DNA of 64,000 nucleotides from Polyangiales bacterium (GTDB lineage: Bacteria; Myxococcota_A; Polyangia; Polyangiales; Ga0077539). Below the pieces are notes generated by a model that was not told where the DNA came from, made no database searches, and saw only the letters and a list, made by a program, of their open reading frames with translations. The stretch lies in assembly GCA_046351535.1 (NCBI GenBank), contig JAXLYG010000005.1:229334-293333 (forward strand), in the 5' to 3' direction. A program made the position numbers and the translations under genes. Below, piece after piece: positions 39,901-49,389 of the stretch (position 1 is its first letter; each line of letters starts with the position of its first letter).

Positions 39901-42900
39901 TCACTGGTGGATCATGTCCGAGAGGATCAGCGCCGCGGAGTTGTAGTTGGGCGTCCCCTGCGGCACGAGGCGGAGGTATTCGATGTAGAGCGCGCGGGCG
40001 GCGCCGGTGTTGTGGTTGTCGCGCTCGATGTCGGCGAGGGCGCGCGTGGCCTGCACGTACCACGACGGCACGGGGGTCACGCCCGCGCCGCGCGCGCGAG
40101 CCTCCTGGAACGCGCTCCGCGCCGCGCCGACCTCGCCCGCGTCGGAGAGGAGCCGACCGAGGTTGTAGTGCCAGTCGCCGTGGCGGTTGTCGTGGTCGAT
40201 GGCGAAGCGGTAGAGCCTGATCGACTCGGGCCTGCGCCCGAGGGCGTCGTCGATGTCGGCCCAGGTCGCGTAGGCGGCCCAGAAGCGCGGGTCGAGCTGC
40301 GTGGCGCGGTTGATGTCCGCGAGCGCGTTGGCCGCGTCGCCGCGGTACAGCCTGATCTCCGCGCGCACCCAGTATCCGCGGGGGAAGGCCGCGTCGAGCT
40401 CGATGGACTGCTCGGCGAGCTGGAGCGCGCGCTGCACGTCGCCGACCTTGCGGTGCGCCTCGGCGGCGTAGGCCTTGAAGTCCGCGCGCTGCGGGTTGAG
40501 CTCGATGGCGCGGTCGAGGTAGTGCGCGGCGTCGACGAAGTTGTCGGCGCCGAGGAGCGCGCGGCCCATGATGTACTGCGCGTCGGCGTTGGTGGGCTGG
40601 TCGACCACGACGGAGCGGAGCATCTGGTCGGCGTCGCCGTAGTTGCCGAGCGCGACGAGCGTGGCGGCCACGCGGTTGATGAGCTCGATGTTGGTCGGGT
40701 CGCGCGCGAGGGCCTCGCGGAACGTGCTGAGCGCCTGCGGGAGCTCGCCGCGCGCCTCGGCCAGGAGCCCGCGCGCCATCGCGAGGCCGGGGTAGTTGGG
40801 GTCGGCGTGCGTGACGAATTCGAACTCGGTCTGCGCGTCGTTGAGGCGCTGCATGCGGCGCAGCACGTCGCCGAGGGCGAAGTGCGAGCGGATGTCGCCG
40901 GGCTCGCGCTGCACGGCGATGCGGAGCTCGGCCTCGGCGCCGGCGAGGTCGCCGCGGGCGAGGCGTCCGTGGGCGAGGGCGCGGTGGATCGCGGCGTTCT
41001 CGGGGACGCGCGCGCGGGCCTCGAGGAGCACCTGGTCGGCCGCGTCGGGGCGCTGCACCACGAGGAGCAGCTCGCTCAGCGACACGTACGCGTCGAGGTT
41101 CTCGGGCTGGAGCCTGATGGCCTCGCGGAAGGCCTGCTGCGCGAGGGTGCGCTGGTCGGTGGTGGCCGCGAGGGCCTTGCCGAGCCAGTAGTGCAGGCGC
41201 CCGTCGTTGGGGTGCTCGTGCACGGCGGGCTCGATGATCGACTTGGCCTCGGTGGCCTGGTTGAGCGCGAGGCTCGACTGCGCGATGCCGATGACCGCGT
41301 CGAGGTTCGCGTGGTCGGCGCTGTACGCGTTGCGGAAGCGCGCATGGGCGTCGGCGAAGTTCCCCTGGCGGTAGAGGATGGCGCCGATGCCGACGAGGGC
41401 GGAGGCCGAGCGGGGGTCGAGCTCGAGGGCGCGTTGAAAGCGCGTCTGCGCGGCGCTCACGTGGTCGCGCATGAGCTCGATCTGCCCGGCCACGACGCAC
41501 GCCTCGGCGCGCTCGCTCACCGACGCGCCCGAGGGGTTGGCGCCCGCGCCTGCGTTCGCGGGGCGCGGCCGCGCGCCGGGCGCAGGGCGGCCGTCGCTCA
41601 CGCGGTCACGCAGCAGCTCGAGGGCCCTGTCTCGCTCGGGTTCGAAGCGCGCGAGGAGCTTCGCCAGGAGGATGCGCGCGCCCGCGTGGCGGGTCTCCGC
41701 GCGGAGCACCTCCTCGGCCTCGCGGCGCGCCGTCTCGTGGTCGCCGCGGGCCTGCGACGCGAGCGCGAGGAAGTACCGCGAGCGCGGCGACGGGTGGCGC
41801 TGCCGCCCCTGCTGCGCGAAGCGGAGCCACTGCTCCTGATCGTTGAGCCGCTCGGCGGCGAGCGTGGCGAGGTCGCGGCCCGCGGGGTCGAGCTTGGCGA
41901 GGCGGAGGGCCTCGCGCGCGTTGCCGCGCACGAGCGCGTCGGAGGCCTTCGCGAGGTTGAGGTAGCGCATGCCGGGCGGCGCCTCGGCGAGCTGCGTGAG
42001 CACCTGGCGCGCGCGTCCGATGCGCGACGGGTCGGGGCCGAAGCGCGCGGCGACGAAGTTGTTCGCGTACACGATGTACGCTTGAAGCTCCTTCACCTGC
42101 GGGACGCGCGAGAGGGCGTCGTCGAGGCGGTTGAGCGACCGCATCGCGCGCTCGTACGTGTCGTGCTCGAGCGACCGGTCGACCTGCTGCACCACGCGGT
42201 TCGCGTCGGCGAGGCGCTCGTCTCCGTGCAGCTCCTCGTCGATCCAGTTCTTGCCGAAGGCGCCGTAGGGCGTGAGCGCGAGGGCGGCGCCGCCGAGGAT
42301 CGTGACCGCCGCGAAGCCGAGGGCTCCGTACGCGAGGTAGATCGCCTTGAACGGGAGCTTGAACGCCGGGCCCTTGCTCTCGGTCTTCTTCGTGCCGAAG
42401 CGCGCGCCCTTCTCGGGCTTGTCCGAGGCCTTCTCGGGCGCCTTCGTGGGAGGCTCGAACTCGCCCTGCGGCGGGGGCAGCAGCGAGTCGGGCATCGGCG
42501 GCGCGCGCAGCAGATCGTCGCTGAGCGGCGCGGGCTGCATCGAGTTCGACGACTGCGGGAAGACGCTCTGCATCGTCGGGTCGAAGGGGTTCTCGAGCGG
42601 CGGCAGCGACGGGTCGTGGAGCGCGGCGGGGCCCTCGCTCGGGTGCACGAAGCCGAAGGAGGGCGGGTCGGCCTCGTCGTCCATGGGGCCGAGGTCGAGC
42701 TCGCCGAAGCCCGCGCCGTGCGTGGGCGGCGGCGGCGGCGCGGGCGCCGCGTCGAGCGCGGGGAACTCGGGCGTCACGGGGAACTGCGAGACGGGCAGCG
42801 CGCGCGGCGCGGGCTCGGGGTTCGCAGCGGCCGCAGCGGCCTTTCGCGCGATCACGTTGTCGGGGTCGAGCTCGCTGCGCCGCGCGGACTTGGGGCTGCG

Positions 42901-44088
42901 CGCGCTCGCGGGGAGCGCCACGCCGCCCGACAGCACCGGGAGGTCGTCGGCGTTGGCCGAGACGGTGAAAGCCTTTCGTTCGAGGCCGATGCGGCCGAGG
43001 CGCGCGCCGCGCTCGGTGGTCATCGTGGGCGAGGTCACCACGGGCGGGAGCGGGTCGGGCTCCACCGCAGGGAGCGCCGCGCCGAAGTTCGAGAGGTCGA
43101 ACGCGGCGGGGAGCGCCTCGGTGCTCGAAGGGAGATCGACGGGGTCGGGGAGTCCGACGCTGAGCACGTCGGGCAGCGCGGCCGAGGGCGAGGGGAGCGC
43201 CGCCGAAGGCACGGGCAGCCCCGCCGCGGGCGCAGGGAGCCCCGCTGCGGGCGAGGGGAGCCCCGCGGCGAGCGAGGGGAGCCCCGCGGCGAGCGAGGGG
43301 AGCCCTGCGGCGAGCGAGGGGAGGCCCGCGGTGACAGCCGACGGGAGGTTCTTCGACGACGGGATCGGGAGGTCGTCGTCGGGGCCGAGGGGGAGGTCGG
43401 CCTCGTCGATGTCGAAGTCGTCGGGAGGCAGCGTCGCGGGCTGCGAAGACGCCAGCGCGGGCGCGGGCTGCGCGGCCTTCGAACCGTACTCGGGCGTCGG
43501 GATCTTCTTGCGCGCGAAGCTCTCGATGATGGGCTCCGCGCTCGCGAGGGCGTGCGCGGGGGCGCCGGGGATCCCTGCGGACGAGGGGAAGGAGCGGCGC
43601 GCGGAGGGGTCGACGGAGCCGCTGAAATCGATCACGGCGGGCAGCTCCGCGCGCTCGACGGAGGTCGGCAGGTCGAGGGCGAAGTCGCGCGTCGCGGGGA
43701 GCGCCGCGGGCTCGGCGACGCTCGGCAGATCGAGCGAGAAATCGCGCGTCGCGGGCAGGTCGACGAGGTCCTTGGGCATCGGGAGCGACGCGTAGGGGTC
43801 GAGCGGCAGCGGGAGGTCCGCGCCCGAGCCGAGGAGCGTCGCGGGCCCCGTGGCCTCACCCGCCTTCGAGAGCGAGATCGACGGCGGAGGCGCGCCCCTG
43901 GGGACTCCCGCGGCCGGGGCGGCCTTCGCGGCCGGAGGCGGCGGCGGAGGCGCGACGGCGCCCGCTGGACGCTTCACCAGGAACGACGTGTTGCACTTGG
44001 GGCAACGCATCTGCATCCCGCTGCGGGGGACGCGGCGCTCGTCGACCTCAAAGGGGCTCTGACACTCCTGGCAGCGAACCTCGAACAT
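39901..44088 (-). CDS. large multidomain protein: N-terminal MJ0042-type zinc ribbon, Pro/Ala-rich repeat region, single TM segment, C-terminal extended TPR-repeat domain
   Basis: N-terminus MFEVRCQECQSPFEVDERRVPRSGMQMRCPKCNTSFLVK carries the paired C-x2-C zinc-ribbon pattern. It is followed by a low-complexity LP(S/A)xAAG heptad array, then a TM helix (AIYLAYGALGFAAVTILGGAALAL). The last roughly 800 aa are TPR-like Ala/Leu/Tyr-rich repeats. Confidence 0.75.
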   Translation of the reverse strand: MFEVRCQECQSPFEVDERRVPRSGMQMRCPKCNTSFLVKRPAGAVAPPPPPPAAKAAPAAGVPRGAPPPSISLSKAGEATGPATLLGSGADLPLPLDPYASLPMPKDLVDLPATRDFSLDLPSVAEPAALPATRDFALDLPTSVERAELPAVIDFSGSVDPSARRSFPSSAGIPGAPAHALASAEPIIESFARKKIPTPEYGSKAAQPAPALASSQPATLPPDDFDIDEADLPLGPDDDLPIPSSKNLPSAVTAGLPSLAAGLPSLAAGLPSLAAGLPSPAAGLPAPAAGLPVPSAALPSPSAALPDVLSVGLPDPVDLPSSTEALPAAFDLSNFGAALPAVEPDPLPPVVTSPTMTTERGARLGRIGLERKAFTVSANADDLPVLSGGVALPASARSPKSARRSELDPDNVIARKAAAAAANPEPAPRALPVSQFPVTPEFPALDAAPAPPPPPTHGAGFGELDLGPMDDEADPPSFGFVHPSEGPAALHDPSLPPLENPFDPTMQSVFPQSSNSMQPAPLSDDLLRAPPMPDSLLPPPQGEFEPPTKAPEKASDKPEKGARFGTKKTESKGPAFKLPFKAIYLAYGALGFAAVTILGGAALALTPYGAFGKNWIDEELHGDERLADANRVVQQVDRSLEHDTYERAMRSLNRLDDALSRVPQVKELQAYIVYANNFVAARFGPDPSRIGRARQVLTQLAEAPPGMRYLNLAKASDALVRGNAREALRLAKLDPAGRDLATLAAERLNDQEQWLRFAQQGRQRHPSPRSRYFLALASQARGDHETARREAEEVLRAETRHAGARILLAKLLARFEPERDRALELLRDRVSDGRPAPGARPRPANAGAGANPSGASVSERAEACVVAGQIELMRDHVSAAQTRFQRALELDPRSASALVGIGAILYRQGNFADAHARFRNAYSADHANLDAVIGIAQSSLALNQATEAKSIIEPAVHEHPNDGRLHYWLGKALAATTDQRTLAQQAFREAIRLQPENLDAYVSLSELLLVVQRPDAADQVLLEARARVPENAAIHRALAHGRLARGDLAGAEAELRIAVQREPGDIRSHFALGDVLRRMQRLNDAQTEFEFVTHADPNYPGLAMARGLLAEARGELPQALSTFREALARDPTNIELINRVAATLVALGNYGDADQMLRSVVVDQPTNADAQYIMGRALLGADNFVDAAHYLDRAIELNPQRADFKAYAAEAHRKVGDVQRALQLAEQSIELDAAFPRGYWVRAEIRLYRGDAANALADINRATQLDPRFWAAYATWADIDDALGRRPESIRLYRFAIDHDNRHGDWHYNLGRLLSDAGEVGAARSAFQEARARGAGVTPVPSWYVQATRALADIERDNHNTGAARALYIEYLRLVPQGTPNYNSAALILSDMIHQ
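43186..43332. repeat. about 7 tandem copies of a 21-bp unit (GAGCGAGGGGAGCCCCGCGGC and variants) inside the ZnR-TPR gene, encoding heptapeptide repeats (AAGLPSL)n
   Basis: Direct tandem repeats read in sequence. The last four units are nearly identical. Confidence 0.6.
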
Positions 44089-44186
44089 CCTCTGACTCCA
44101 TGGCGGCCCTCGGGACGAGTGTGCCGCGGTCGACGATGCTCTCTCGTCACGGCTCGCTTGTGAAGCGCCGTTCGATGATTGCGCTC

Positions 44187-45137
44187 TCAGCGGCAGACGC
44201 GATTACGTCCACCCTGCTTCGCGCGGTAGAGGGCCTCGTCGGCCCGTTGAAAGAGCGCCTCGGCGTCGCCCGCGTCGGCGGGGAACGAGGCCACCCCGAT
44301 GGAGATCCCGGGTTTGAGCTCGACGCCCTCGCGCTCGTAGTGGTGGCTGTTGACCGCCGCGCGGATCTCTTCGGCCACGGTCGCGGCGCCGTCGGTGTTG
44401 GTGAGGGGCAGGGCCGCGCAGAACTCGTCGCCGCCGAAGCGCGAGCCGATCCCGCGCTCGCCGACCACGCGGCCGATGAGCCTGCCCGTCTCGCCGATGG
44501 TGTACGCGCCGAAGAGGTGCCCGTGGCGGTCGTTGATGGCCTTGATGCCGTCCATGTCCATCACGAGGAGGGCCACGGGGCGCCCCGAGGCGCGCGCGGC
44601 CTCGACGAGGAGGCCGAGCTCCTGGTCGAAGCGCCGACGGACGAAGAGCCCCGAGAGGTCGTCGATGTTCAGGAGCCGCTGGAGCTGCTCGTCGTAGTCC
44701 TGCTCGATGCGGTCCATGAGTTCGAAGCGCAGCACGGTGCGCCCGAGCACGACCTTGTCGCCGTGGGCGAGGGGCGCCTCGGTGCACTTGACGCCGTTGA
44801 CGGTCATGCCGTTGGTGCTCCCGAGGTCGACGATGCTCCACGCGTCGCCGCGGTCCTCGATGCGCGCGTGGCGCCAGGAGATCCCCGCGTCGGAGAGCAC
44901 GAGCTCGTTGGTCGGGTCGCGGCCGAGGGTGGCGTTGCCGGCGAGGCGCTTTCGCGTGCCCACCTCGTTGCCCGACATCACCACCACGGCGGGGCGTCGC
45001 GCGTCTTTGAGGGCCGTGCTGAGCTCCTCACGGATGCGTCCGTCGTCGAGGGGGAGCGTGCGCAGCGACTCGGGCGCTCCGGCGCGAGCGGGCTGCGCGC
45101 CGGGTGTCTTTCGGGGACCAGCGGGTTCGTCAGGCAT
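44187..45137 (-). CDS. FHA domain-containing diguanylate cyclase (FHA-GGDEF)
   Basis: FHA domain signatures (ATLGRDPTNELVLSDAGISWRHARI… GSTNGMTVNGV). GGDEF domain with an intact RFGGDEF active site and RxxD-like I-site context. The start is taken at MPDEPAG; the ORF is open to 45221. Confidence 0.8.
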   Translation of the reverse strand: MPDEPAGPRKTPGAQPARAGAPESLRTLPLDDGRIREELSTALKDARRPAVVVMSGNEVGTRKRLAGNATLGRDPTNELVLSDAGISWRHARIEDRGDAWSIVDLGSTNGMTVNGVKCTEAPLAHGDKVVLGRTVLRFELMDRIEQDYDEQLQRLLNIDDLSGLFVRRRFDQELGLLVEAARASGRPVALLVMDMDGIKAINDRHGHLFGAYTIGETGRLIGRVVGERGIGSRFGGDEFCAALPLTNTDGAATVAEEIRAAVNSHHYEREGVELKPGISIGVASFPADAGDAEALFQRADEALYRAKQGGRNRVCR

Positions 45138-45226
45138 TGCGGCGCCCGGGAGACTACACCGCCCCGCGCGGCTGCGACACGCGTTCCGTCGCCTCGCGCG
45201 GGTGATAGCCTCCGCGCCCACCGAAC

Positions 45227-46195
45227 ATGGGACTCAGGATTCACACGAAGACCGCGGAGGGCTTTCAGACCCTCACCGACGCCTCCGAGGTCGCCCGCCT
45301 CGTGGCCTCGGAGACCTTCTTCTGGCTCGACCTCGACGGCGACGACGAGACGATGCGCGCGGTCCTGCACCGTGATTTGAAGCTCCACGCCCTCGCCGTC
45401 GAAGACATCTTTCAAGAGCGCATCATCCCCAAGGTCGAGGACTACGGCGACTACCTCTACGTGGTGGTCCACGGCATCGCGTGCGACCGCGACGACCCCG
45501 AGGACCTGCACACCATGGAGGTCGACCTGGTGCTCTCTCCGCGCTGGGTGGTCTCGCACCACCACGGCGGCATGAGCGCCACCGACGAGGTGCTCGAAGA
45601 GTGCCGCCGCAACGCGCGCATCTTCGACAAGGGCGCGGGCTTCATCGCCCACGCCATCATGGACCACGTCGTCGACTACTACATCCCGGTCATCGACACC
45701 TTCGACCGCTACGTCGACGAGGTCGAGAGCGCCGTCGTCGCCAACCCCCAGCAGACCGTGCTCCAGCGCATCTTTCGCCTGAAGCGCTCGCTCCAGCGCC
45801 TGCGCCGCATCGCGATGCACCAGCGCGAGGTGCTCCTGCGCCTCTCGCGCGGCGAGTTCGACCAGATCCCCGAGAAGGCCCTGCCCTTCTTCCGCGACAT
45901 CCACGACCACTTCGTGCGGGTCTCGGACCTCGCCGACGGCTACCGCGAGCTCCTCTCGGGGGCCCTCGACGCGTACCTCTCGGTGGTCTCGAACCGCATG
46001 AACGAGGTGATGAAGACCCTCACCCTCGTGGCCACCATCATGCTCCCGCTGACCTTCATCGCGGGCGTCTACGGGATGAACTTCGAACACATGCCCGAGC
46101 TCCACTGGGCGCTCGGGTACCCCTTCGCGCTCGCGCTGATGGCCCTCGTGGCCCTTGGGATGGGCCTCTGGTTCCGCTACAAGCGTTGGCTCTGA
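45227..46195 (+). CDS. corA: magnesium/cobalt transporter CorA
   Basis: C-terminal two TM helices with the YGMNF (GMN) signature, and a cytoplasmic N-terminal CorA domain. Confidence 0.85.
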   Translation: MGLRIHTKTAEGFQTLTDASEVARLVASETFFWLDLDGDDETMRAVLHRDLKLHALAVEDIFQERIIPKVEDYGDYLYVVVHGIACDRDDPEDLHTMEVDLVLSPRWVVSHHHGGMSATDEVLEECRRNARIFDKGAGFIAHAIMDHVVDYYIPVIDTFDRYVDEVESAVVANPQQTVLQRIFRLKRSLQRLRRIAMHQREVLLRLSRGEFDQIPEKALPFFRDIHDHFVRVSDLADGYRELLSGALDAYLSVVSNRMNEVMKTLTLVATIMLPLTFIAGVYGMNFEHMPELHWALGYPFALALMALVALGMGLWFRYKRWL

Positions 46196-46851
46196 TGACC
46201 GGACGCACCGCATGGATCGCTGGCGCCACGGGCCTCGTGGGCGCGCACCTCGTCGACCTCCTCCTCGAAGACCCGCTCTTCGAAGGCGTCGCGACGCTCG
46301 GCCGACGCCCCCTCGACCGCGCGCACCCCAAGCTCTCGCAGCACACGGTGGACTTCGCGGCCCTCGACGCCGCCGCGCTCCCGCCCGTCACCGACGCCTT
46401 CTGCGCGCTCGGCACGACGATCAAGAAGGCCGGGAGCAAGGAGGCCTTTCGCGCCATCGACCACGACGCGGTGCTCGCCTTCGCGAAGGCCGCGAAGGCC
46501 CGGGGCGCGACGCGCTTCTACGTCGTCACGGCCCTCGGCGCCGACGCGCGCTCGTGGGTCTTCTACAACCGCGTGAAGGGCGAGGTCGAGGCCGCCCTCG
46601 GCGCCATGGGCTTCGCCTCCCTCGCCGTCGCGCGCCCGTCGCTGCTCACGGGCGAGCGCGCCGAGCACCGCGCGGGCGAGCGCGTCGCGCAGGCCGTCAC
46701 CGACGCCCTCGCGCCGATCATCAAGCACTTCGACGCGCGGCCCATCCACGGACGCGACGTGGCCCTCGCGCTGCGCAACATCGCCCACGATCCGCCGGGC
46801 GGGACGCGGGTGTACCTCTCCGTCGAGCTCCACGCGCGCGCGGCGAAGTAG
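46195..46851 (+). CDS. NAD(P)-binding Rossmann-fold oxidoreductase (atypical SDR/NmrA-like)
   Basis: The ATG overlaps the corA stop. N-terminal AWIAGATGLVGAHLV glycine-rich dinucleotide-binding motif. About 218 aa. Confidence 0.65.
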   Translation: MTGRTAWIAGATGLVGAHLVDLLLEDPLFEGVATLGRRPLDRAHPKLSQHTVDFAALDAAALPPVTDAFCALGTTIKKAGSKEAFRAIDHDAVLAFAKAAKARGATRFYVVTALGADARSWVFYNRVKGEVEAALGAMGFASLAVARPSLLTGERAEHRAGERVAQAVTDALAPIIKHFDARPIHGRDVALALRNIAHDPPGGTRVYLSVELHARAAK

Positions 46852-46858
46852 CGCGTCG

Positions 46859-48391
46859 CTACGGTCGCCGGGCGGGCGCGCGCGAGGCCGAGAGCGTCAT
46901 GGCCGTGAGCGTCGCGGCGGCGATGGCGCCGTACGCGACGGCGCCCGCGATGAAGGTCGCGCGCACGTCGCCGACGTCGCCCGCGCCGCGCGTTCCGATG
47001 AACGTGTCGGCCGCGGCGAGGGCCGCCCACGTGGGCGAGATCGCGAGCACGATCGAGGGGTGACGGATGCCGTTGCCGTGGCCGCCGAACCCGACCAGGA
47101 GCGCGATGAGCCACGCGCCCACGAAGGTCACGAAGAGCGCCACCGCGCCGGCCACGCGCGCCGTGGAGGGCCCCGCCGCGCCGCGCAGCGAGACGAGGCC
47201 CATGAAGCCTCCGAGCGCGGCGACGTAGAGGGCGGCCCAGAGGCCCGCGAGGAGCATCTCGGGGTCCGTTCCCACGAGCGCGAGGGGCGCGCAGAGGCAG
47301 CTCAGCCCGCCGAGCATCACGACGAACCACACCGAGGCCACGCGCGACGGAGGCATGAGCGCGCGCGCGACGGGCCCCGGCTGCTCGCGGGTCATGCGCC
47401 GCGAGACCTCGACGGGCGCGCCCACGAAGGCGAAGAGCATCGCCGTCGAGGCGAGGGCCGAGAGCGTCACGAAGAAGAGGCACCAGCCGCCGCGGTCGCT
47501 CGCGCTCGACGAGGTCCAGCGCGTCGCCACCACGAGGAGGGCGAGCGTGAGGGGCGACGCGAAGACGCCCCAGCGCTTGAGCGGGAGCGTGCGGTCCTGC
47601 GTGGGCTCCATGAGCCCGCCGTGCGCGACGGCGTAGAAGAGCCACGAGGGCGCGACCACGAACCACAGCGGGACGAGCACGAGCCACAGCGCGTAGAGCC
47701 GGTCGAAGGGCAGCGCGAAGTACGCGTCGGCGAAGAAGAACGGGCCCTCGAAGCTCAGCGCGTGGTGCCGCGCGAAGTCGTGCCCCACGGCCGAGAGCAT
47801 CCCCCCGAGGAACATCGCGCCGAGCACCGAGAGCGGCACCGTGGCGCCGACGGCCTTGCGCGTCGCGTCGGTGGTCGACGACACCGCCACGCCGAAGGTC
47901 ACGCCCACGGCGCCGAAGGCCAGCACGTAGACCGTCGAGACGACGAGGTGGCCGAGCGTCACGCCGCCGAAGAGCGTCGCCACGCCGAGCATGGGCATCG
48001 ACGCGAGGGGGATGAACGCCATCGCGATGAAGACCGCCGCGAGCTTGCCCGCCACGACGCGCCGCGGACCGAGCGCCGAGAGGCTGAGCGCGTCGAAGGT
48101 GCGGCCCTCGCGCTCCTGCACGATCGTCGTGGCGCCGAAGGTCGGACCCACGAACGACATCACCAGGAAGGTGCCGCCGTAGAAGAGCTGAAAGAGGATC
48201 TTGCCCGCCTCCGACGAGTCGGAGCTGTCGGCGATGGTCACCGCGCTCGTCACCACCGTGATGCCCACGACGATGAGCGCCACCACCACGGAGCGGACGT
48301 AGAGCGGCGTGCGGAGCACCGCGAGGAGCTCCTTTCGCACGATGGGGTTGGGGTCGCGCCACCACCCGAAGAGGCGATCTCCGAGGCTCAT
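46859..48391 (-). CDS. ABC-2 type transporter permease, unusually long (about 510 aa, 12 or more TM helices)
   Basis: Highly hydrophobic polytopic protein immediately downstream of, and overlapping, the ABC ATPase gene. Start at MSLGDRLFGWW. Confidence 0.65.
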   Translation of the reverse strand: MSLGDRLFGWWRDPNPIVRKELLAVLRTPLYVRSVVVALIVVGITVVTSAVTIADSSDSSEAGKILFQLFYGGTFLVMSFVGPTFGATTIVQEREGRTFDALSLSALGPRRVVAGKLAAVFIAMAFIPLASMPMLGVATLFGGVTLGHLVVSTVYVLAFGAVGVTFGVAVSSTTDATRKAVGATVPLSVLGAMFLGGMLSAVGHDFARHHALSFEGPFFFADAYFALPFDRLYALWLVLVPLWFVVAPSWLFYAVAHGGLMEPTQDRTLPLKRWGVFASPLTLALLVVATRWTSSSASDRGGWCLFFVTLSALASTAMLFAFVGAPVEVSRRMTREQPGPVARALMPPSRVASVWFVVMLGGLSCLCAPLALVGTDPEMLLAGLWAALYVAALGGFMGLVSLRGAAGPSTARVAGAVALFVTFVGAWLIALLVGFGGHGNGIRHPSIVLAISPTWAALAAADTFIGTRGAGDVGDVRATFIAGAVAYGAIAAATLTAMTLSASRAPARRP

Positions 48392-49389
48392 CACGGCCCT
48401 CCCTGCGCGGCGCTTGCGGGCGCGTCCGGCGGGGCGCTCGGCGTCGCGGGGCGCGTGACGTCCATGAAGATCCGCTCGAGGTCTCTGCGCTCGGGCTCGA
48501 CGGCCACGAGGCACAATCCCTCGCTCCCGAGCGCCGCGACGATCTCCGAGAGGCGCCACTCGTCGCCCTCGAAGTGCACCTCGTAGCGACCGCCGCCGCT
48601 CGCGTCGAGGCCCGGCTCCTCGATGCGCTCGACGCCCTTCACGAAGCTGAAGCGCGCGGCGACCTCGCGCACGCGCTCGGCGTCACGCAGCACCGTGACC
48701 TTCACCCTGCGACCGGGGCGCAGCGCGGCCTGCACGTCCTCGATGGGCCCCGCCGTCGCGAGGCGGCCGCGCTCCAGGATGCCGATCCAGGTGCACATGT
48801 CCGCGAGCTCCGTGAGGATGTGCGACGAGAGGAAGATGGTCTTCCCCATGCGCCCGAGCTCCGCGAGGAGCATTCGAAGCTCGATGCGCGCGCGCGGATC
48901 GAGGTCGCTCGCGGGCTCATCGAGGATGAGCACCTGCGGGTCGTGGAGCAGCGTCCGCGCGAGGAGGAGGCGCTGCTTCTGCCCCTTCGAGAGCGCGGCC
49001 ACCTCGCGGTCTCGGAGGTGGCCCACCTCGGTGAGCTCGAGCACGTTGTCGACGGTGCGCGCGCGCTTCGACGGCGCGATGCCCATCGCGCTCGCGAAGA
49101 AGTCGAGGTACTCGCCCGCCGTGATGCGATCGTAGACGCCCGCGAGGTCGGGCATGTAGCCCATGATCCGCCGCACGCCCGCGGGGTCTTCGACCACGTC
49201 GATGCCGCCGACGAGGGCCGTCCCGCTCGTCGGCGCCTGGAGCGTCGCGAGGATGCGGATGGTCGTCGTCTTGCCCGCGCCGTTGGGCCCGATGAAGCCA
49301 AAAACAGCGCCCTTCGGCACCTTGAAGGTCACGTCGTGGAGCACCACGTGGTCTCCGAACGCGTGCGTGAGCTGCCTGCACTCGATCAC
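48391..49389 (-). CDS. ABC transporter ATP-binding protein
   Basis: Walker A GPNGAGKTT, signature LSKGQKQRL, Walker B LILDEPASDLD and an H-loop. GTG start at 49389. The ORF track fuses it with the upstream gene. Confidence 0.85.
   Translation of the reverse strand: MIECRQLTHAFGDHVVLHDVTFKVPKGAVFGFIGPNGAGKTTTIRILATLQAPTSGTALVGGIDVVEDPAGVRRIMGYMPDLAGVYDRITAGEYLDFFASAMGIAPSKRARTVDNVLELTEVGHLRDREVAALSKGQKQRLLLARTLLHDPQVLILDEPASDLDPRARIELRMLLAELGRMGKTIFLSSHILTELADMCTWIGILERGRLATAGPIEDVQAALRPGRRVKVTVLRDAERVREVAARFSFVKGVERIEEPGLDASGGGRYEVHFEGDEWRLSEIVAALGSEGLCLVAVEPERRDLERIFMDVTRPATPSAPPDAPASAAQGGP

Noticed and set aside
39442-44163. 1573-aa plus-strand ORF
   Set aside because: Antisense to the ZnR-TPR gene. 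Extremely biased composition (G/R/E/V) and no motifs. The sense gene has a zinc ribbon, a TM segment and TPRs.
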